A DNA stretch of 64,000 nt from Eledone cirrhosa. Its lineage: Eukaryota. Numbering within the stretch: position 1 is the first letter of the stretch; every line of letters starts with the position of its first letter. Positions 54,947 to 64,000 of the stretch are shown piece after piece. Both the position numbers and the translations under genes were made by a program. The DNA lies in the NCBI GenBank assembly GCA_964016885.1, contig OZ024740.1, positions 63,550,001 to 63,614,000 on the forward strand, written 5' to 3'. The notes under the pieces were generated by a model that made no database searches, was not told the origin of the DNA, and saw nothing but the letters and a program-made list of their open reading frames with translations.

Positions 54947-56103
54947 CGTGCGTATATATATATATGATGTGTGTACATGTATTATTAAAGGTTTCTAATA
55001 CCTGAAATGCTGAAATGATAGATTATGTGTCCGGCGTTCTCGTCATAGCTACCAAAAATCAGATTATCTCCGCTTTCTGTATACTTCCTTTTAATTTTAG
55101 GTTAATTGAAATGTTTGGATTCTCTCCAATGCTTTTTTTTCAAAGTAATTCGCATTAACGTTAATGAATTTTTCATCATTATTGTTATAATTTCAACTGC
55201 TAAAATTATCAGCAGCACACCACATCAAGTACAGTCCCCTATACTTTAATATTTACTTAAATGCAACTCTGCTTTCGGACTTTCATTATCCATAGTTTGT
55301 TCTTTATTATGAAGAATTCCATATTTATTTTACCCGGTAAAAATCCGCCCCAAACATCATACACCTTCTTTTGTTCTTGTTTAGCCTCAGAAACAAGACT
55401 AAACGTATTGTAAGATATTCTAAGTTACCGTATCTCAATGTGCATACCCTAACCTCAGAGGAAAATTATCTATGCTAGACAGTAAACTGATCTCCTGTAT
55501 TTGATCTCTCAATGAAGTGTATAAAGTAAATATAGTTAAAGTAGTATATAAACAAAATATCATTAAAAATTAGATAACAAGACCTTATTTTTATGCTTTT
55601 TATTGTTTTTTAAATTTGTTTAATTTGTTTTTTATTGTTTTTTTTTTATTTTTGGTAGTCGAAATTGGGGTGCAATCCACTAGGGTGAAGCAACTTCGGC
55701 GGGAAATACGGTCTATATGACGTTTATTAAACCTGTCGAATCCAATTGAATTAGTGATGTTCTCCAGAAAGAAAGGTAATACAGATAGTTCAAACAGTGG
55801 AATTATTATCATGCCACGAAGGAGAAGAAACATCTAACGTCTTTTTTAGAGAGATTACGGGATATTGGGGGAGTTCTTGTCCTTCTTGGGTAAGAGAGAA
55901 AAATGAAGGCCTCATAATTAGGCTGCAAAACTGCGGAGTTTGGCTCTCTACTGTTCCTGCTGAGAAAATGTTTATGCAAGTTCATAAAATCGTTGCTTAA
56001 CTCAAAATTCTGTAACGTAAACCCGGGTGGACCAGATGACAGTAAATTATAGATAATATTCTCCAGTATCTTCACATATATATATGTGTGTGTGTATTTA
56101 TTA

Positions 56104-56143
<40 letters not shown>

Positions 56144-56494
56144 TGCAGGCTATAATACTTGTCATAAAACATTAAAATAATTTTAAACGTAATCTATGAC
56201 TATAAAAGTCTTGTCTTCGTGTAATGTCTTAGTTATTTAACTCTTGATCACCATAATCAAAGATACTATTTAAGGGTATTTCGATTACATTTTTCAACGT
56301 GTCCTTTTCTCAAGACAATAGACGTTATTTGAGAATGTGGTTATTATACGTATTTAGTAGATCGAGTAACTACGTAAACGCTCTCTCTTTACATGCATAT
56401 GTGTGTTATGACTAGTATTTTTACTTTGGGAATATAATCTCTCTCTCTCTCTCCCCTCTCTTCCTCTTCAGCCCAACTTTCTATATGTCAATAT

Positions 56495-56905
56495 GTAGAG
56501 CCAGCAGGACTCGACCGCGGAGACGGCAAGCACCTCGACGGAATTACACTCTTCCCATTCGAAGGAGGTAGATCCCTAATCTGGGACACCACATGTTGCG
56601 ACATGTTCTCCGCCTTCAACTTAGTCGCTCTGGCCACAAACTCTGGTATTGCAGCCCAAAATGCAGAGGGAAGGAAGACAAACAAATACCGGGGGTTGTC
56701 TGGCCATTTCCTTTTCGCACCGGTAACCATTGAGACCTCAGGCGTCCTCGGACCCTGTACTGTCGAGCTCCTCCGTAAGATCGGAACGTCAACAGCCCGT
56801 CTGAAAAAGGAGCTCCGCGCCGCGAGGTGGCGTGGCTGTTGCAATAGATGTCTCTAGCCATTGTCTTCGGAAATGTTTTTGCGGTCTTGCCGTCGGGGCG
56901 TAGCC
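56495..56905 (+). pseudogene. CRE-like non-LTR retrotransposon restriction-like endonuclease remnant
   Basis: EPAGLDRGDGKHLDGITLFPF..G..LIWDTT, AAQNAEGRKTNKY, FAPVTIETSGVLG, SLAIVFGN. Confidence 0.75.
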
Positions 56906-57164
56906 CCAACACCGACGCGCACAAGGCCCAGAGCCGATCACCTTTCCTCGCCCATTGTTCTGTGACCCAAGAGCCCTTGCCCTTCCCTTCATTTTCCATT
57001 TTTAAATATAGTGTTGATATTTGAAATAGATTTGTTTATGATTTTTAAAACTTTTTTTTATTAATAAAACGTGTTTTTTTTTTAAATTATACAGATCTCT
57101 GCTGTACGAATAAAATACCCGTTAATACAGTCGTCTTACTTACTGACTGTAACAATAACTTACA

Positions 57165-57502
57165 TAATTGTTTCTACTTTTTGGCACAAGGCCAGCAATT
57201 ATCCCAGTGTATTACTGGTACTTTATTTTATCGACCCCGTAAAGATGAAAGGCAAAGTTAACCTCGGCGGGATTTGAACTCAGAATGGCAAGGGCCGTAA
57301 CTCTCTGCGTCAAATCATAATTGTTTCTACTTTTGGCACAAGGCCATCAATTATCCCAGTGCATTACTGGTACTTTATTTTATCGACCTCGTAAGGATGA
57401 AAGGCAAAGTCAACCTCGGCGGGATTTGAACTCAGATCGTAAAGGGACGTAACTATGCTGGAAAGCATGGTGTCTGACCCTCTACCGATACTGCCAATCC
57501 AC
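57165..57502 (-). mobile_element. Two adjacent Nin/Deu-domain SINEs
   Basis: 57165-57312 (5'-truncated) and 57317-57502; CAAATCATAAT flanks the second. Confidence 0.88.
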
Positions 57503-57781
57503 AAATCATAATGAGTGACCACTTAGACTTGATTTCATGTTATCTAGATAAAGTCAGTGCAAGCAACATTAATGGGGAAGTTCGAGTACCATTTTGAAAT
57601 CTTATGAAACGCTCCTTGATTACAATGTTAACCTTATTTACAGTTTAGTGACTGGTATTTTCTGTTAAGCTGACTGCTTGCTGCACTTGATAGAAAAGTG
57701 TCTAACATAGATGGACAGACAAGTTATAAATTATAGATTTGACTGTTAGATGTTTTCTGAAGCATATATCTCTTGCCAACA

Positions 57782-57854
<73 letters not shown>

Positions 57855-58231
57855 CTCTTTTACTCTCTTTCTCCCTCTCTCTTTCTCTCCCTCTCTTCAC
57901 TCTCACTCTCTCTCTCTCTTTCTCTTCTCTCAATCTCTCTCTCTCTCTGTCTCTATCTCTCTTTCACTCTCACTCTCTTTCTCTATCATTCCTTCACTCT
58001 CGGTCTTTCCCTCTTGACCAATATTTCTTATAATCTTAAAATACAAGCCATAAAACCATACAATTTGTTGCATTGTATTATTTTTCTTGTCTTAAAACCA
58101 ACAAAATGAACATAGAAAACTCTTTAGTGTTTTTTGAAATTACAATGATTATTGGAATTTTTCACCGCAGGCAACCTTTACAGATCAATAAAACGAACTA
58201 AAATTTTCAAATGCTGAAATCGCGCTTATAC

Positions 58232-58309
<78 letters not shown>

Positions 58310-58321
58310 CACACACATACA

Positions 58322-58360
<39 letters not shown>

Positions 58361-58410
58361 AATACACACACATATATATATATATACACACACACACACA
58401 TGCGCGCACG

Positions 58411-58476
<66 letters not shown>

Positions 58477-59334
58477 TATACATTTATATATATATATATG
58501 TTTGTGTGTGTGTGTGTGTGTGTGCGTGCGTGTGTGTATATATATATATATAATTGTTTCTTCTTTTGGCACAAAGCCAGCAATTACACAGTGCATTACT
58601 GGTACTTTATTTATATATATATATAATGAATTCCATTTCACTATTCATAGTTGTGATCTTTTTCTCTAATTTCTTGTCCGTTATGTTTTATGTTAACAAA
58701 TACAGGTGATTATCAGTATAAAAGAGTTCTACGTTTTATAGGAAGCTGTAAACGATTCCACTTGAAAACATAAATATTTCAAGTTCTCACGATAAATTCT
58801 CCGAATTCTGATAATAATTGTTTCCGATTGTAACTATTATATTCAATATTCAGTCGTAAATCAGTACTCTGATATCAGTCCTAAACACCAGTTACGGTTC
58901 ATTAATGACATAGAGGAGAATAAAATAAAATAAAGCAAAATAAAACAATGTTTGTATCTTCAGACATAAACTCAGAAATGCAAGCTAAAGATTTTTCTCC
59001 CTTTTTGTATTTCGTTGCTTGGCGTATTTCTTAAAAAATCTATTATTTTCTGAAATGAGTTTTCGCCAACACATAACGTATGTATACGCACCCTTGTGTG
59101 TATGTTTGTATCTGTATTTGCATGTGTGAATGTATGCAACTAAGACTGTCGATTGCTCTAACCTATAATAAGAAAACTAACCTCGAACCCAAGTCAGACA
59201 TAAGCCAGATATAAGCCAAAATACTATACTCGCTCCCAGACACCCTAACATATTTCTTAACAACATCCTCATATCCCGTTAAACCAACCACCGATTCGCA
59301 CCAATCATGTATGAATGTATGTATGTATGTACGC

Positions 59335-59855
59335 ATGTCGGGTCACTCTTGAGTGTTACTGGTAACAATTAACCCAGTTTCAATCTGTCGCATGGTGGGG
59401 TCGTCGACGACTAAATCGGCAACCCCACCAAGTTTACTTGGTGAGGAGGGTGAATTTGGACACCCTGCAGGACAAAAAACAAAACCTGACAAAGGGTGGA
59501 AGAAATAATCGGGCTGGATACCTGATCACGCGGTTAAACCACTGGGAGTGAAGGACTCCTAGCCTTTGTCAGGGCATTCTTCTGGGAGAAGCCAACTCAG
59601 GAAACTGGGATAACTCCGGCATAAAACCTGCGGCTCAGTAGTTACCGATATGTTGATCTTTTCTTCTTTTCGGATTATAGCTACTGTCGCTCAAAGAGTG
59701 GGATTGGCTCAGTGCACAGTCTTTTTACACTATAAAAATAATCTTCACGCAAAGGCATTACACGGTAGCATTAATTGATAATTATTAAAATTCTTAAATC
59801 GTGCAATGGCCATACTTGATAACGAAGAGGCAGTCATCATCATGTATGTATGTAT
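59335..59855 (+). mobile_element. RTE-related non-autonomous short element; further pieces at 60476-60806 and 60870-61056
   Basis: RTE-UTR-like 5' part joined directly to the RTE-type tail and (ATGT)n. No ORF. Confidence 0.7.
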
Positions 59856-60218
59856 GTTCTTCTGCTTTTATAATTTCACAAATATTTACCAATAGAGAGA
59901 GAGTCGGTTTCTAACATAGACACAAGACTCTCTTATTGGAATTTACACAACATCAACTAGGTAGATATGTATGCATGTATGCATGCATGCATGTGTAGAT
60001 ATGGATGTTATTGTATGTGTGGATGTGGATGTTTTGAGTTGTATGTGTGCATGTGTATATGCTTTATATCTGTATAAGTGTATATACAGTTATTAGATGC
60101 AAAATTTTTGGAATGTTTTACATATTTTTACTGTGTTCTCTCTGTGCCTGTGAAGCTTAGCTTCTCAAAATGTGTATTGAGGCAGTTAATAACATATCCC
60201 AGTGCCCCAATAATCACA
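59856..60218 (-). mobile_element. R4/Dong-clade 3' end fragment
   Basis: Matches 33663-34090. Confidence 0.88.
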
Positions 60219-61680
60219 AAGTAATGGAAAGTCCTGGAGGAGCCTACAGTTGCCATATATGTGCCAGAGGGTGCAAGTCTTTGGCTGATTTAAAGAGCCT
60301 TATTCGTGCCTCACATTTCTGAGCATTTTATCAGGTGATGGCAATACTCGAACACGAGTTTGTAGTCATCATGTATGTATGTATGTATGTATGTATGTAT
60401 GTATGTATGTATGTATGTATGTATGTATGTACGTATGTATGTATGTTGTTTTTTGTTGTTGTTTTTGTTGAACGAGGGACCCCTAGTCTTCATCAAGACA
60501 TATCTCTAGGAGAAGGTCACTCTGATATAAAACCTGCGACTTCGTTAGCATCCAATGATGTAGACCAGTTCTTCTTTTTGGGCAAATGCATTCGATGTTC
60601 AGAGAATGGGATTGGATCCGTGCAGTGCCTTTCCTCACTTAAAAAAGCTTTAAGCACAGGCATCGCTTGATATGTGACATTCTTTTGCGATGCCTGGCAT
60701 TGCTGGCCATAGGCAAGTCCCTAGCAGAACTAAAAAGCCACGTCTGTGATACTCATGCTTAAGTATCAAGCGATGGCATTACTCGAAACCGAGTTGCTGC
60801 CATCATGTATGTATGTATGTATGTATGTATGTATGTATGTATGTATGTATGTATGTATGTATGTATGTATGTTGATATTTTCTTCTTTTCGGGTTATAGC
60901 TACTGTCACTCAGAGAGTGGGATTCGCTCAGTGCACAGTCTTTCCTCACTTAAAAAAATCTTCACGCACAGGCGTTGCACGATAGAATTAATTAATAATT
61001 ATTAATAATGGTATATCGTACACTGGCCATACTCGATAACGAGGAGCAGCCATCATGTATGTATGTATGTATTTTGCATGTGCACACACAAACACACACA
61101 GACACACACACAAATTAGGCATACATACATTTCATGATTCTGTTGAAAGGGCACCTACAGAGTATACTGAAATTGATTTCTGTCATCTTTTCTTTGTAGG
61201 TATGAAGCCCAACTGTGTTCCCAGAAAGTATTATACCTATCTACAACAGGTTAACTAACGAACATAGCGCTTTAGCGCCCTGTTCAGCAGCACCAGGATA
61301 TACCTACATTAGATTTGACTTCACTACTGAAGAGTAGGTAATATGGCTCTTATCCATTTAGTTGTTTTCCCTCTACGTCAACATTTATACTTTCCTAAAT
61401 TATGAACAAATCAAGCAGAGGATTAATTAAAAAAACACTATCAAGTCTGAAGTAAAGGAGCATTACTCAAAACGTTTCCTACGTAATTACCCTAATTTGT
61501 GGATAGATATTTCAGAATTAGGCTGTTAAAGTTCTGTTAGAAGGTTTAAAAATCAAGAGATCAGGCGAAAACACGATATAGTAATAAAGTATAAGAGGAA
61601 AAATATTTATGTGTTGGTATTGAGGATGATCAGCTTGAAAGTTGGTAGGAGGAGAGGCTAGTGAGAGGATACAACAATGC

Positions 61681-61895
61681 AATAATTGTTTCTGATTTAG
61701 GCACAAGGCCAACAATTTTGGGGTGAGGGAAAAGTCGATTAAATCGACCCCAGTGCGTTACTGGTACTTTATTTTATCGACCTCGCAAGGATAAAAGGCA
61801 AAGCTAACCATGCTGGGATTTGAACTTAGAAGGTAAAGAGCCGTAACTCTATTCCGTAAAGCATATTGTCAGACGCTCTACTGATACTGCCAATC
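61681..61895 (-). mobile_element. Nin/Deu-domain SINE (longer subtype)
   Basis: Includes the extra GGGGTCGATTTAATCGAC segment. Confidence 0.85.
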
Positions 61896-62430
61896 TGAAC
61901 ATTTGGCTGTGTGTATTGGGAAATTGTGTCTTTATTGCGGATCATTAGTCGTATCTGTCTAAAATTCTTCTGTGAGGTCAGAACACTCTTCCTGTACTCT
62001 GATGTAGGATAAATTTATTGTACATTCTGAAATCTGAAACTTTTTAACCCTTAACCTCCTGTACCACATTCTTGAAAAGTATTATAACTGCTTTACATTA
62101 CGATTGAAAGTACCATCACTGCATTACATTACGAATGAAAGTATTTATTCTTATGTTGCCACTTTTCACAAGGAACTGTACGCTAGCAAAGACTACAAAC
62201 TTTTGAATCAACACTCCTGCTTTTAAAACTAACGCAAAGATCAGAATGAACTCACCACCATAATATATTCTTCTTCATAGCCTTTAGTTGACGCATAGGA
62301 TTATTCGTCGTCGTCATCGTAGGAGGAGGAAGAAGAGGGAGAATAGGGGGAGATGGAAGAGGCGTGAAAGAAAGAAAAGAGGAGTATATAGTTTAAAGTC
62401 TTTGGATATGTGGTGGAACACGTTCATAGA

Positions 62431-62618
62431 TAATTGTTTCTACTTTAGGCACAAGGCCAGCAATTACCCAGTGCATTACTGGTACTTTATTTTAACGACC
62501 CCGTAAGGATGAAAGGCAAAGTCAACCTCGGCGGGATTTGAACTCAGATCGTAAAGGGACGTAACTATGCTGGAAAGCATGGCGTCCGACCCTCTACCGA
62601 TACTGCCAATCCACCGCC
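62431..62618 (-). mobile_element. Young Nin/Deu-domain SINE with ~18 bp TSD
   Basis: AACACGTTCATAGATAAT at 62417 and 62619. Confidence 0.92.
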
Positions 62619-63933
62619 AACACGTTCATAGATAATACTCTAAAATCCTTTTTAGCAAAAGCACTATAATACATATTTTTAGACAAACCAGTCGGAATGT
62701 TTTCCAAACACTTCAAACAAAATCTGAGATTTTACCATGAACTTTATATTCACTTATGCCGAGATTTGGATGAACATCCCGCCATACTCAATTCGCCTCC
62801 AGTTATTGATGTAACATTGCCAACTGTTTCACAGTCATCTAAACAGAACAGCATTTAAAGAACAATTTACGTTGATAAATATTTTTTCTTCCCGGTGATT
62901 ATGGTAATTAACATTAGAACATTAGACATTAGAAAAGAATCTTTTTGAAATCTTTTGAATAAAAGAACTCAAATAAAGTAAAATTGAATTACTTTCCTGA
63001 GATAATACGCCAATTTCAAATATTTCAATGAATGCCGAGTGAAATAATTGGTTACAATAAAAATTCAATATGTAGATTCCATAAAATATAACAAAACAAA
63101 ATTGATAATAATAATACAAATTCTTCGATTTTTGCAATGAATAACATTTATTGAATTTGCTTACTCTGCTGTTCTGTTCGCTGACAATAAAACACATGAA
63201 CGAGATGTATCATAAATTATAAAAGATATATTTTTTAAATTCTATTTCGCCATTAAAAATTAGTCGCTAAATCTTACTTTTCTCCTACTTCTGAAAATAT
63301 AATTAAAATTTAGAAATATCGGGTTCAAAGTATTTTGATTACTTGCTGAAATTTCTACTGTTTGTAACAATGAAAATAATGTAGTCGGGAGAAGAACTAG
63401 TCTAATCAGAATAAATAGAATAAGCGTACCTTTGTTCGAGTTCATATGCACTTACGGACGATTTCAATCACATCGTTTAAAAATAATTCCAGAAGACAAT
63501 GATATTGGGTTCCCCAATGTGTTGGATATCGACCCTCAGAGGTTGAAGGGACTACTCAGAGTGTCGATTGAACTTATACAAGTTTGTGAATAATATGCCT
63601 TTTTTCTATATATTAAGTTTACTGTTTTTACTTATTCCACGAAGAGGTCAATGGTATAAAAATTTGGAGATCACTGGGCTTCCAGGGTTTGGGGATTGAG
63701 CTTAAATCCACTGCATACATATTGTGTATTTCGGAAATATATTTGATATTGCATAGCGTACTAAATAATACATCTTTGGAAAATGTGTTCGTAGTGATAG
63801 AATAGCATTCTAACCATTTAAAAACTGTTTTACTCGTGTAGGTAATATCATAAAGTTGGAACTAAAACTACAGGGTATATAGAAACCATTTATCATACCA
63901 TCAGGTAAGTTATTTTTTAAATATTTTTATGTG

Positions 63934-64000
<67 letters not shown>

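Noticed and set aside
55290-55375. Possible Tc1 relic (VWGGF) on the minus strand
   Set aside because: A single short motif with no TIRs.
61328-61350. Isolated CTGAAGA/CTGATGA words (also ~27946, ~51354 and ~58960)
   Set aside because: No matching stems or GAAA; expected by chance.
62700-63520. Possible Copia RT relic (IYVD..; LEKNLFEIF*IKEL)
   Set aside because: Only scattered weak motifs across frameshifts; needs a profile search.

Overview
AT-rich, microsatellite-saturated animal genomic DNA with no recognisable host gene. The repeat repertoire suggests a cephalopod (Octopus) intron or intergenic region; this is an inference. Most short ORFs in the track are microsatellite artefacts. Recognisable content: a near-intact RTE LINE (APE-RT plus three C-terminal C2H2 fingers, one stop codon), four R4/Dong-type fragments, a CRE-like fragment, a deleted mariner, two clear and one weaker non-autonomous Helitron, more than 25 Nin/Deu-domain SINE copies, and several Penelope-like (PLE) GIY-YIG fragments. 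The main result is at the RNA level. Reading both strands by eye gives about 18 type I hammerhead ribozyme motifs, several degenerate, from about 13 unrelated sequence families. They sit in PLE-type tails and in ORF-less 307-524 bp tandem or inverted units, mostly next to (TA)n tracts. This looks like a candidate cephalopod retrozyme/mini-Penelope system. All folds and alignments were done by eye, boundaries are approximate, and ribozyme activity is untested.
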